From Tubiluchus corallicola (taxonomy: Eukaryota; Animalia; Priapulida): a stretch of 64,000 nucleotides of DNA. Every line of letters begins with the position of its first letter. Positions within the stretch are counted from its first letter, which is position 1. The notes beneath the pieces are model-generated. The model did not search any database. It was not told where the DNA came from and saw nothing but the letters and a program-made list of their open reading frames with translations. The DNA lies in assembly GCA_030141605.1 (NCBI GenBank), contig JAQGDQ010000170.1:386494-450493 (forward strand). Direction: 5' to 3'. Made by a program: the position numbers and the translations under genes. Below, one piece after another: positions 15,369 through 29,800 of the stretch.

Positions 15369-16018
15369 AATAACACAGTGCTACTAATAAATGTTATCCG
15401 GTATACCCGTAAGCGGGACTTGTTTGAAATCTACTGTCACTATGCATAAAATATATCGGAAAGTTAATCATTTAAAAGGCAAGGCGAAACTGAGTGCAAT
15501 ATTACAACACATTATTCCAAGTTACATTCAAGTCCTTATCGGCATTTGGTCGACTTTTTTGGTTAGCCTTTTCAGTTGGAGTTGGTTTCCACTAGCTGTT
15601 CAAATTTCGAACAGTCAAATGAAGTGACATGGCCTAATTAGTACGGCCTTCTCACTTCATAAAAAAATCGAGCATAAAATGCAAAGATAACGCAATCAGA
15701 AAATTTCAAAGCAGCGTAGTGCATCCAGAGGCTTGGTGATAGGAAAGTGAGATACGTGATAGAAAGTGACCGATTTCATTGTGCTTAAATGCTCTTGAAT
15801 TTTACACAATGGGTTTTCGTACAAACTTGATCCAATTCATGTGAATGACGTCCAACTTCAGAAAGCAAAGAATTAAAAACACCGAGAAGAAAATCGTGTT
15901 AAGCATCAAGAAAGTCGTGCATCGGAATTTAACCTAGTATTTTTCAAAGAAAGGTATGGAAGAAAGTGTGGAGAGAAAGAGAGTCGGTAACATAGAAAAA
16001 GAAAAAAGACAGAAAAAG

Positions 16019-16123
<105 letters not shown>

Positions 16124-19100
16124 TGTTGTAGGTGTGTATTACTTTCACCACAATACTTCAATGCAGACTATTATTAGGCGTACCTGTATTCTTACACATC
16201 AAAATTCTGCTATTTGGTTTTATAAAGTTTCGCACAAAGTTTATGACAGTGCAGCAAGTTTAAGGAGGATGAATGTCTTGCTGTAACCGACCAGTACAAG
16301 TCCGCAGTTAAAATAAAATTACTTCCTGAAAAGAAATTACAGACAGGTGGTCAGTTCAACTTTGACACCTTGACCACAAAGTGACCGGTGCTGCACTATG
16401 GGCGATGATGATGAGGGTTATTCACCTTTTATACTGTTCAAAATTGTCTTTATAATAGGTGACGAAAGAAATGACGTTAGAAACTGAGGCAAATAGGTGA
16501 AAAGATTTACCGGCAAAACCTACAACGGTGAGAACGGCTAAAGCCTGTTCAACAGCCAAGAACCCGTTAGGCAAAGCTTACCATATGCTTTGACAACATT
16601 ATTATATATGCTGTTGAGCGTGCGTACTTGAACTCAACCCACTGTGGTAGTTCTTAAATCTGTCCATATATCAGTTTACTCTACAATTATCACTGGCCTT
16701 TTGTAGCTTTCAGATGACCTGCTGAAAGAAAAGATTAGGAAAAGACATGCACGCTTCAAAAACTGGCTTTGGATGTAGACTAGAATAATTATTGCACTGC
16801 GTTGAGGGAAGAGGCATTGAACTCGAAATGCAGCAGAAGGTTACAATATGTTTGTGATTCTTTTCCTGTCGACGCCTTGCTCGTTTATTAATTACATTAC
16901 AGTAATGAGAATATTTGATGCAAAATTAGTGTTAACAGTCTTTAAGAAAGTGGAAACCCAGTATAATCTTTGTCAAGATTTGCAAGCATTTAAGAATTTC
17001 AAAGACAAAAACAATTGAAAACTTCATCGCTTCAATATTTCAAAATCAAACGAAATGTTATTGTAATCTGTTATCGCGACTTAATTAACCGACTAAGAAA
17101 GCAGGTAAGACTTACTATCTACATACTTTAAAAATAATTAATAATTCGCAGAAAATCTCTTAGTTCATCACCTTGCCCATACGAAGGATACAGCCATTAA
17201 AACTGCTGAACATGCAACACTTAGCTTTTTGATTAATCAATTTGGCAAACAAAATCAGCTGTTGTTACAATAAAGTCAGTTGTGGTATCAAGTTTTGTGT
17301 GCATGAGGGCACTGGGGTTGAGACTCTGTATTACTGCGGTTGCGTTTTTCCATAATTATTCTTAACTACGTTAGGATTTAAGGATTACATTATTTTGATT
17401 CATTCGGATTTATTAAGACAAACTGCACACAGGGAGTGTATACTACAACTAGATTGGTTAACACAGGATTAGTAAGAAACATGCAATTATAAATTTCAGG
17501 GATGTAGCACGAATTATATATGTCACGAAAGTACGTGCCGCCAAACACAAAATGGGAAAATTAAGGCGTGTATGTTTATTAAAAGCGTTTGGAAAATCTA
17601 AAGATAAAATAAGGGTAAGACCGACCGACATACTATGAAGGCTTGGTTCTTAATATGTCATTACGCCCAAGACTAATTTGTTATCTACAATCACTTTTAG
17701 ATAAGCTAATTTGGCTTTTTAAAATGTCAATGATTATCAATTTTGGATGGTATTTGCTGGAAGCAAAGACTTTTCCCAGAAAAGGAAAACAACACAGGTG
17801 ACAAACGAGATAGGTGTATCCTGCTTGCGGATGACTTTTTTCGCATTCATAATCGTAACTGACACAGACTGTTGCCTGAAGCAGTTCAAGGGTACACATG
17901 CTGGTCTCACGTTTGATAAGTTTGCGCCCTTCTCCGACCATTCCAGACATACCTGCTGCTAAATGTGACATGTGATGCCCACCTCTTTTTAGAAAGAATC
18001 TCTGACCTTTTTGGAGACATCTGTGCAAAACTAATACAGGATGCCCGGTAGGGTAATAACAAGCTTTAATCTCGATAATTTTTGACCTATTTGGTATTGC
18101 ATCCAATCTGTGCCGAAGTGAAAAGCGTGTCAAGACACAGGTGGGAGGGATATAAACTTTTTGTTGTTATTGTACATGTATTATAGTGGCTGCATGAATA
18201 TTTAAATTCTAACCGAGTAAGTAAGAAAGAGAAATTTTGGTAGCCCTGCCATTGATAGTTTTGAAAAACACGTAGTTTCATTGTTTTAGGTTACTATCAT
18301 TAGTTAATTTTGACTGCAAGCGCTAACGAAAGTGTGGTGTACCATCCCTAAACCGTTTTTACGAAAATTACTTACAGCTTTGCTAATTATAGCTACTAAA
18401 CAAAGATAAAAGGTATTTCTTATGTTAAGCTTACAAATACTAATTGTTGACTGCTACTATAGCGAAAGCCTAATTCCCCGAGCATTCAGTGTTTTTCTTT
18501 TTCTTGATGGAAACAATCACCGTACAGTTGCCAAGAAATTACCTTTTATAATAGGAAAATGGAGAAAATGAGGTGCAGCTAAAACAGACCGCATTGATTC
18601 TTCCTGAAGTGCTTTTGCTAAATGTCTTGCAATGATATCGAATACGTACAAAATTTTTATAGGTCTGACACTGCAACCAAAGATTCAGAGGGGCAGTGCC
18701 TGTTTAATTTAGATAGTTGTGGCGGGCCTTGACACTATCTTATTATCAATTATAACCCCATGAAAGGAAATAGTGGTGTTTTAGCTATCTTCAAACGTCA
18801 GCACAGGATGAGACGACTGCACAATGAAATTTATCCATATGAAATCTTTCCAATCTGAAATTGTTCAGAAGCAGTTTTCCCAGTGGTCAATCATTCATTT
18901 ACTACAAGGTTCGGTATTGCTTAACTTTGCAACCTTAGCATACACAATAACCACTTAGCTCCTTGTCCCTAAAATGAGAAAATGAACATTAAGTAGACGT
19001 TAAAATACCGAAAATACTTGATGATTGCGTTAGACTGATAATTTGATGCGTTACTCTATGTCACACAATTCATTTCAAATACCGGATATTTCTACTTTTC

Positions 19101-22100
19101 CTTCAGCTCCTCGCCTTCCTCAATTCTTACTGCAGGTGTTTTCCTCCGAAGATACTTGACCGAGTTCATACCTCCAAGTATAACAAGCTTTTCAACAAGG
19201 TTATTAGCCTTTCCAGGGACAGATCACAGATGAAAAATCCTTTCTGTGGAACAAATTGTTCGGGAAAAGAAGTGCCGACATTCGTAACTTACAGGTTGGC
19301 AGGTATGCATATAATTATGCGGAATGCATGTTAAACATGTCCTGCATAACAACAATAGTGACGAGTTTATAACTGAAGGCAAAGAATCGCTCCCGCAAAT
19401 ACCAAAATCCTTACAAGGCAAACAAGTGTCGAATTCCCTTAGGGTCAAACTGTATTACATATTTCTATTATAATTAACAAGAGCGCCTTGGATACGCATC
19501 TGGTTGAAAGTGGTTGAAATACCAAATTGTTTGATGATCGCTGTATATCGACAAATACGGCGCAATATAGGTCGATCCACTCACAACTCTAAAACAAAAA
19601 AGAAAGTATTAACTAAACTAGTAGTTAGTCAACAAAATCAGTAAACGAACTAATGGGCTCCCAAATGACATTTTTCTCTGACAATCACAGTTCTGAGATA
19701 AAAAGGAAATTGAACTCAAACATATTGTCGGCCTCATTAATCATACCATTAGACTCGTTTTAAAAAGTCTTGTCATGAGACAGATGCGTTTACATGTCTG
19801 AGTACATTAGCTAGAGACATGATTTTAGACACGCTCGTGATTAACCCGTAGCCCGGCATGTCTGACACCCATTTTAACTAACGTTAGGGCAATAGGGCTC
19901 GTTAATCAAAATTAGCAGAAATGTGAAGAATAATGTGTGTTAAAAGAATGCTGTAACTTTTCTTATATGTCGGTATCATAATGTTGCATCGTACCATGCC
20001 GTATCACATTGCAATCGTTCTGTAGTATATAGTGTAACAAATATTCCTGCCTTATCTGTAGCAAATCAAGACATAGCGCGAGTTCAACTTTTTCACATTT
20101 TTTTTCTTTTATCCACGTTTGATTTCAAAAAATGAAAATAAGTTAAATAACTAATTAAGATTAAAAATCAAAATTAAAAATTAAAATTAAAATCAATTAA
20201 AATTAAAATGATTCATTCCCCATTAATTAGTAATCTAGCTTCAAGATGAGATAGAAATAATTGCCACATTTAGTAAAACCAGCGATAAATAATTTAACAT
20301 ACAACATAACTCTGCAGAGTTGAACCCTTCTTTTTGTAAAGCTTCTTGATTGTGCTTAAAACAATATGAGATTAAGTGTCATATTGCTTAGGGTTTCTCG
20401 ACAGGGGCAAATCAGCGAATTTTCATTCACTGTCACGAATAATCTTGTGGCACAAATTGCGTGAACCTTGGTTTAAAAACCTTAAAGACATTTAAACTAC
20501 CCATCCCTCTGTGTAACCAGACTGACGCAAAATCGGATCGAAATAACGGAATGTGATAAGATTATAATATGGCATCACATAATGCATGCATAATCGTCGC
20601 AAAACGACCTTCAAAATAACGTATTAAACTCATCTCACGCTTCGTGCATTACCTCACATTTCAAAAACCTGTATGTACAGAGGGCGAGAAAGATTTACAG
20701 GATCACCCACTATTAAATCGGGAACACAAAAGTTATGTAAACATTTATATGATCCATGCATCAATAATAACGCAGGTTCTCATGGGCGTATACCTGTCGA
20801 AAAATAACCCATCCATAGTTTGCTGTTATTATGTCGGAATTTTTATTCATTTAGTTGGATAATACTCAAAGAAAATTCCTTTTCATAAAAAGTCTGCTTA
20901 AATGCAGGTGCTATTGTGTTGAGAAACGTGCTTTTATATGTACATAATATCGTATGGGTTTGGTATATAAAATTATACCATCTTAATGTAAAACCAGTCA
21001 AAATTGATTAATTTATGCACTGATATTGTTCTTTTATTTCAGTCATTACTGAGGTTTGTATAGAATTATTATGCAGAAGTATGCTATGCAGTTTATATGA
21101 GGTAATCAAGATGGTCAAGAGAAATTAAGTTAGCTGGAAAAGCCTATAAACGTAGAAAATTAGCAAACCTGTTAAATCGAGAGCTCAAAATGAACACAAT
21201 GAACACGGAGCCTAGATGGTTGTGGCGGGACCAGAAACTAGTTTATTATCATGGGCACTCCTCTGAGTGAAATACTGAACTAACAGAAATGTGGCATCCA
21301 AGTTCGGATACATATACATCGTCCAAAACAAAATATACAAAACTTTTAGCATGAAATGGTTAACTACCGTTTTTGAAATTAAACATCTTTTTACCTATTT
21401 CGCATTTTAGTTTTTACTGATGTACTATTTTATGTAGACAATAGATAGTATTTAACTTCTGTTGAAAAAGCTTTTTGTGCTTTTAGTGCATTACATTAAT
21501 TTAATTTAGTGAGGTCATGGGGGGGGTTAGTTGAGCCACTAACGTTTTTTCCATTACTGCTTGTAGTGCTGGCTCAAATAAATTACAAAGAACGCAAGAA
21601 TGATAAAAAGATGAAAAAAGGTGCATTGGCAATAAACGCACACAAAATAAGTACATATGCAATCTACCTATAACATCATTTTCTTTATAGTGAATATAAA
21701 AAAGAATTTCCTCAAAATGACCGAAAAACTTTTAAAGAATAAATTGCTTAATAAGAGCACTTGGTTACCCGCAGAAAATTACTGGCGCCAGCCGTGTGTT
21801 TGAAATGCCAGAAAGCGAATGGCAGCTGGTTTTAACGGGATTTTATTTTCCAAGGTTAACCGCGTTCTTTCCTGGTTACACATGAGATAACATAAAAGCT
21901 CGGTGTTGTATTAATGTCTTCCTTTGTTGGATAACAACTTCAATTTCTTTCAGGACGAGTAGGATGAGTGATAGTTTGGCAGAATAGGTAAAGTTGCCCT
22001 CGGGACTGATAATTCTGAGCGAATGCAAGATATTATCATTAAGTTAGAACTTCCTTCTATTCAGAACACTTTCGAACCTGGTGAACTGCGGTGAGCGACT

Positions 22101-23772
22101 GTTTCGGGAAAAGGTAGCACTAGAAAAAGAATGGTAAAGCAAGGAACAAACATTTTCTGAACCGAGTTACAATCCCCGATGCTGAGTAAAATAAGCAATT
22201 TAAAAACACTCTTTATTTGAATCAAATAAAGACGATACAATAAAATAATACACGCAAATGTTCAAGACATGCTACGCAAAAGAGCCTTAATTAAAGTTTA
22301 TTGCAATCTCGTCCAGGGACTGGGAGACAAAAACGTACAATAATCAAGTTGCAACGAAATTAATTAAAAAATAAAAAAAATCAAATCAAATAATAAAAAG
22401 GAAATTCGGGTTAAAATACATGTATGTCAAATGCAGCTTTAGATATCTAATAATTAAATTATTTTATCGTTTTATCGTGTTTCCATTTCTACTAGCTTGC
22501 TAGGAATTAGGTGAGTTTTTTAGGTGTTACAGGTGACTATACCAAATAGATTTTATAATACTATTGATTGATTCTTTATCCCAATAAAGTCGCTAACTTG
22601 CTCCTGGAAATTATAAGATGTCTCACTTCTCTGCTTGCCTGTATCAATTCTGAAGTCGATGAAGACGAGTAAGGCGAGATTATTGTGTGATTACATGGGG
22701 GGGGGGGTGACTGAAAACTAAAATGGTTGATTGTCTACTTGATAATCGAAGGCTTGATAATGTGAACACATCGTTAACGGAGTTACTGTTATATAGACAT
22801 TTAGTAATTCTGCCGTCTGGTGAATGGACAGGACGCTTCGTAATTGGAGAGGGGCAAGTGGACGCTTCGCAACTAAACCATTTGGTAATTTACATATTTC
22901 CTAAGCGGACGTCTACGATATACGCTGTTTGTATGTATTGTCATTTTACAATAGTTTATGCTAGTTTCGTTTCCGCGCTAGTTTCCTCACATATATTAAC
23001 AAGTGGGGTATGAATAGAAGTAAGAAGTATTATTATGTGGTGCTGCCTGCGACTGGTGTCTGATAGGGGCTCGCGTTAACATTGTCCTGGAAGCCAGGGA
23101 CGGAATGAGCAGACGGACGGAAAGCCGTCTGATCATTGTTCAATTTTCAATTTTATGTTCTTTCACTTATCAGGCTGAAACGGGTATCTTTGTTAACAGA
23201 TGGCGCCACCATTACGGGACGGTGGCTTTCACCTATAATAGACGCTCGTTCAGAGTCCGGTGTCATGTCACTACACTCAGTGTTTTGGTGTTTTAAACTA
23301 AACTACATGGCAACACTGCGCAAAGTTGCAAACATATTTTTAGACCTTCCCCTTAATATAACAATAAAATTAGTTTTCTGGGCATTGCGAATATTTGGGT
23401 CCCGATGTCTTTTATTTACCTCCCCGATTCTGCCATTAATGGCCGAGTTGAAGCCGAGTCCGTTATGAACGTTAATGTACAAAGAATGTCATTTGTATTA
23501 GTTATAATTACTTATAAACTATGATGCCCCTATTTCTGCACCTCGCTTTGCACACATTACAGAAGACTGCTATCAAAGAACAAGTTTGCTTTTATCGTAG
23601 CAAAGTGGCTTGAAAGAACAAACAGAAGTTACAAAAAAAATCATACAAACGAACAGAGTGGTACATGTGGCATGTTATTTACTTTAATATAAAGAATCGT
23701 TACTACAATATGAAAAGGTGGAGATATTGATAGCGTTTGTTAAAACGTATCTAAAAAATGTTCCATCAAATT

Positions 23773-23778
23773 TTTATT
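23773..23778 (-). promoter_or_regulatory. Candidate polyadenylation signal of peroxidase A
   Basis: AATAAA on the minus strand about 37 nt after the stop codon. The region is AT-rich, so this is not decisive. Confidence 0.45.
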
Positions 23779-23814
23779 AAACTCTGAATGAATACTCAAA
23801 TTTACTGGTAATTA

Positions 23815-26800
23815 TTATGCGTCCAAAAACACAGAAATATTAGGTGATTCAATCTCGGAACAGGGTTTCAAGTATCTCTCTTTTCCACCATTGCCATTCC
23901 TTGGCTTCACAACATGGAATGCCGATGGTTGAATTTCCGTGATGTCCGTGTTTTCACATATAACACCCGCCAACGTTACCTTCTGAATTTCAGCTATTTG
24001 TGCTAGAAAAATTAATACCGTGAAAACATTTTATATCAGTACAAAATTATTCGATCAACATTCACAGTTCTCGCCATTTTTGTTTCTAATAGTAGGCTGC
24101 CAGTTTTGATATAAAAGGCAATAACCCATCTGTTATTATCTCACGAACAGTGACAGGTACAGGCCTGTTTTACGTTAACTTGGTCCGTTAAAGCATCCAT
24201 GATGTACAGGAAGAACATCTTTGAATATTTCAAAGTTTCAGCAATTTAGTATTCACGCAATGGGTTAAAGAAAAAGATTGCAATTAGCCGTTAAACGCAA
24301 TTTCGCAACTTATCTTACTTCAATTTTTGGTTCTAATAAAAAACAAGTGAAGCACTCTCCTGCGCAGATAGCTAGGAAGAATGAAAGATTGAATAAGAAG
24401 AGTTAAATGCGCCACAATCAATCGAATGAACCAGTAATTAAAACAAAAATACACCACCAACTAAATCAAACGACATATGCCCGACCAACAAAACAAACAA
24501 GATCGCCTGCCACTGAACTAATAAACAAACAACTGACAAAACAATTCGAATGGATGGACAATGAAAAAAAAATCGAACAAACAAGTAAATAAACAAACTA
24601 CGAAAAGTCAGGCAGTCACCCAACGATGCAAAATTAATGAATCCCGCGGAAACTCAATATAGTCTGCAGTCAAATTTTCACTCGCTGTATTTTATGTAAA
24701 ACAGCAAATCCATTTACACAAATGCAGGAACTTTCTGCCAGTGAAAGTGCTATCATTAGAAAGAATAAATGCGTAGTGGAATAGTTTGCTTATTTTTATT
24801 TAGAATAACATTATATCTGTCAAGGTTTTGCTTCAACTTGCTTTTTATTCGTTCGTGATCAATTTTAAGCACAACAGTCAGATTGCACTCTTTTGCAAGT
24901 GTCAAAAAGTGCAATGTCATACTGTATGATTAGCATGAAAAATAAATTCGGTAAGTCACTACACCTGCAGCATGTTTTAAAGGAACCATGCCTGCCTACC
25001 CACTTGTCTATATCTGCTTACTCAACATCATGTACACGATGATATAAGAACTTTCCTGCCTATCGGGCCGACTTGTATAACCATATAACATTTAAATATA
25101 GCAAATAGCCCATAACCATTGATAGACTATTAAACTACTTCTAGCAATTCCTTACCCGGTGTAAAAGCATTCTGGTACCAATATCGATCTCCATGTATTA
25201 TAGATTCGAATTGCCTTCCGATGATGCAAGAAAAAGTTGGCCCAAGATTTGCACCTGGTACCAGATATTCAGCCAGTCCACCAGGGAATAAATCGATACA
25301 TTCTGGGCAGTCACTAAAAATAAACGAGCTAGCATGAAAAGTAAGTGTTAACAAACGATTTTCAGCGTAGCTTACAAATGTTGATTCACATAATACACTT
25401 TTCTGATTTAAAAATGTTCAAGTTGTTGGCAATTTTTATTATTAAAACATTTATTTTACTATTTAATTTTTTCCGAAAATTTACTGCAGAAAGTTTTGCG
25501 AGGATTTGCAGAAGTTACAGTTTCTTTGAACACAGACGTAAAATTTACTGTTCACTTTTTACGTGCATAAATGTACGAGTCTTATAACTTTAGTGCCTGG
25601 TAATTTTTTGTGCCTAATAATAAATAACTAAACTCAGTAAATAAATTTCCGCTGTCTTGCCTGCAGTTTAATTAAACATAAAACTATTTTATGAGAATGT
25701 GAAAAAATTAAAGAAAAAACAAATGGCAGTGCACTTTATTTACCCATAAACCTGGATAAGCAGTTCCTTGTTCTCTTTGCTTATATTAGGCAAATCGTTG
25801 ATACTAGAAACGTCTGTGAACTTTATATCGCACTTTTCAGCTGCCCATTCTCTGCAAAGATACCAGTTTCCGTTTAATTATTTATTCAAATACGATGGCA
25901 GTAATTAGTCAACTTAATTATTGCAAATAGAAATAAAAACAGCCTTCCTCGTAATTATGTCATCGTTTTGAAATTTTATGGACGTGTTTCACACATTTAT
26001 AAAGATGTTTGGGCTTACCTGTGAGCCACATAGGAAGCCATACCATGCTCTCTTCCTCGCTGAATATTGATGGCAGAAAGATCTTGTCCAAGTTGCTTGT
26101 CATAGTCGCGAAATAATTGGTTCCGCAAATCTTCGACAATGAATCTGAAAGCCAGACAGAAATGCTTGCGAACGATTTCTGGATGAATCACAGTTTTTTG
26201 CAAGAAAATGACTGCTAACTGCATGTATATGTAACCCAGGGGTCGTTTATTTATGCCAAACAAAGCGATGGCGTGGGATGCTTCTTAGACGTAATGAAAA
26301 TTGAAGACGTAATATATACAAGTGTTTTGACAGATGACACTGCAGCCTTGAGCATCACGATCTCTATCCAGTCAAATGTATAAACGTATAATCAGTTGAT
26401 CTGTGTATCATTTTTTATTGCTTGGCAGGTAATTGTCGACTCACTAAAGCGATGTCACAAAATGATATTTATGAGATCAGTACAAATAACTTAGACAGGT
26501 TCAGTCATCAAGTGCTCTGTACAGTCGTGTACACGTACCTATCTGTCCCCCAAGATTTGAACATGCTCATGGCTTTCAGTGTTGGATCTATGGTCTCAGT
26601 TGTATCCTCTGAAAATGTTGGATTAAAGAATGTGTCTGATACTCTGACATCATCTTTACTCCCGTCAGCCCACTGGCGACTATACTCGGATCCAACCATT
26701 GAGTGTCCAAATCTAAAAATTGTGAGTATGAGGTCACACAATTGTTCATCTATTATTAAATAAGATATTAGATGATATCAGAGTTCTATAGGCTGCAGGT

Positions 26801-29800
26801 TTTAGAAAATATCCCATATGATAACTGAAACAGTTTTGTCTTCGTCGCCAAACCGACGCATGTAGTAAGGGTGTTGCCACATCATGTTGCCTAAAATAAT
26901 TTAAATGCATGTCTCTTTCTAATATTAACAAACAGTACTTATCAAGCATTTTATCAAAATTTGATTCCGTAAACCAAATCACACTAAATGCGTTAATAAC
27001 AATTTGAAAATAAGCACCCGTGCATTGCACATCTTGTGTTTGGTTTTTCACGGTTACCTATAAGCTGCAGTGGAGAAAGAATTGTCTATGGTAGCATCAG
27101 TAGTGGCACTGTATCCGAGATAGCTTGCTGAATCTAAATGAAATCTCTTTATGTCTTCGCGTGAAAAAATTCCAGGCAAAAATTCTTGCTGCGTAATAAC
27201 CTATAATACAATATTTTCCAAAAGGAACTTTAGTATTCTATGTAATTTTTTCTATATAATTTTGTACAATTTTATATTTGTGCGAAAGTTTTCAAATTTT
27301 TTATAGTAAGAACAATAGCTGTTTCATAAACAACCCAATGTATCAAAAAATTTATTTAATTTTTATTAGAAAAATCTAATGTTTCTAATAAAAACTTAAT
27401 AAACCTTATTATGTATTGTGTTATTTATGAAGCGGGTGTATATATACATGTATATACATAGGAAATTAGGTATGCCCAGTTTTATGCGTGTTGCACTAAA
27501 GTAGTAAGCGCACCTGTAGTTCTGCGCCAAGAATTCTTCTTGCTTCTTGGAAAATCTTTTCATCCTCCCATTCAGGTTTTTCTTCACCAATGGCTGCTGC
27601 AATGCGATTGTGTTCTCTGAGGAAAAGAACTTGGAGGACTTGCAAGCCAAGCTGCTCATTGGCTCTTTCGTCTCCTGTAAAGAAAGCGACCATCCAGAAA
27701 TCTATTGAGCATATATTGAAACGATTAAACACATCCGTTTTCAATTATGTCCTGGAGAAGCCGACAGTAATTTTGCTGCATTTCAAGGAAAAAATTGTGG
27801 GACGTCCATACTTGCGTGCGTTTTATTGGTTTTTGTGAAATGGCGGCGCAACAATGTACGCAATGATGACATTTATATATATTTCTCTATAGTCTAGAAA
27901 AATAACGAAAGTGCATTTCATTAAAAAAGTTTTTGGTTTAATTTCGTATATTTTAATATTAGTAGAAGGTAGAAACCAGTTGTGTTTGACATATGTTCAT
28001 AAGACATATGTTTACAGGATAGGCAGTATATAACTTACAGGCAATGTGCAAAATTTAGACACTTTATAAAATACCTAGGTATTTCAAGAAAAGTGAAAAA
28101 TAAATGCGCAATAACTAGGATATTCCTAGAATGCGTAAAAAGATTTTGGAAAATGAACATAATTCATGTTGAACCAAATTTTTCGGAGATATTTTGTACA
28201 TTACCTGAGTATTGCATAGAATGTATAGAAGATGTACTTAATTAAGTAAGTAATTCAAGTAAGCGGGCGGAGTTAATTGTTAAACTGACTTCCAAGAAAG
28301 ACACGGCGTAACAAACAGCTCGCGTGACTTTTGAGAAACTTGCGAAATGATGAAGCTGTTGTCATCTCAATCTTGCTATATGGCTGCAAAACTTGGACCC
28401 TCTGTTATCGTAACATCTGGAAGCTCAACATTTCCATTAGCAAAAACTTTGCTTTCTCATGTATATCAAATGCGACTACTACATCAACAACAATGCATCA
28501 AATGAACAAGACCAAGTTTCATCACCAAATTCTCTTTAGTATACTCGTAACTGGCAAAAGACCACAAAAACAAAGACCGATTAATACCAACGTTCAAGCA
28601 AAGCAAGCAGGAATCAAATTTGAAACATTCGAAAATGAAGCCCAACGGCTATGCGGGATTCCATCAGGCATAGGACCATCCACAATATAACCCAGCCTTT
28701 CGAAGGCAAAGGAGGAAGAGAGAAGAAAAATAAGCAGCAGGGCAAAATGACCACGCGACAAGCTCAATTGTACTCTTTCCCAACTCTCGAACGCCGTCTG
28801 TGTCGCTGAATATTTCAAGCAAGAATTGTTTTCTTACGTCATCAACGTCGCCACCACAGAGAAGGAGCGACATCGGGAGAAACCTAAATTCGCTGACACG
28901 TGAAAAGATCAGTGAACGAACGAACATATGTACCCTTTAAACTTGCAAGCACACCGAAACACGACTTTTTCAAACATTCTTCCTAAATTTTAATGAAATT
29001 ATATAAAATGCCTAGGAAAATTACAGCAAATCAATTGACTATCTGTTTTATTTCTATATTAGCTAAAAAAACACCCAAAATCTAAAAATTAGTTTGCTTT
29101 AAAAAATTGCGTTATAATGCTTAGCAAACTTGTAGAAAAATTATTCTAGACACTTTGCCTAGTTTGTTTTGGCACTCCGCATTCTGTATAATGTCTGGTT
29201 TCATACTTTGCCTGTAATATACATGTATATGTATTGCATGCATGGATATGAATGGATATTATCACCGTAAAATCTATGGAAGTGGATATGTATATTGATG
29301 AAAAATATAATATCCATGGCAACCCTGTACTTCCCAGCTATTTTGCAATCTGTTATAATTTTTCTTTAAACATAGTTTTACATTTATTCTGCAATTATAA
29401 GCTTTCATCGGCGGTGGAATGTTACCATTCAGAGGCTTATAAAAAATTTTACATAAGCTGATATATTGTTAAAAAACATTTGCAGTGCACATCATGCGAG
29501 TAACTTATTGTACTATAATAACGAATTGCACAACCTTGTATAAATTCACTTACACGAAAGGCGAATTTGATATAAATTTTATAACAGGCTTCACTTTAAC
29601 ACGTTTCTTACCTCCGTCATAACACGCAATAGCAATGCCATTAGCATCTTGGCAACTACCATCAATTTCGCTTTTAGGTAAAACTGGCCGCCCTCCAGCA
29701 ATTTCACTTGTCTTCATTAGCCCTTGATAATTGCAACAAATTTTTTTAAAGCACATATGTAGTTTTGTGATGGAACCTGCTGATTATACCTGATTCATTA

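Noticed and set aside
15058-15449. Three overlapping ORFs with CIVLY/VTSRH repeats
   Set aside because: Artefacts of the pentanucleotide array.
17681-18133. Longest ORF in the track (150 aa)
   Set aside because: Non-ATG start and no recognisable domain or partner exons.
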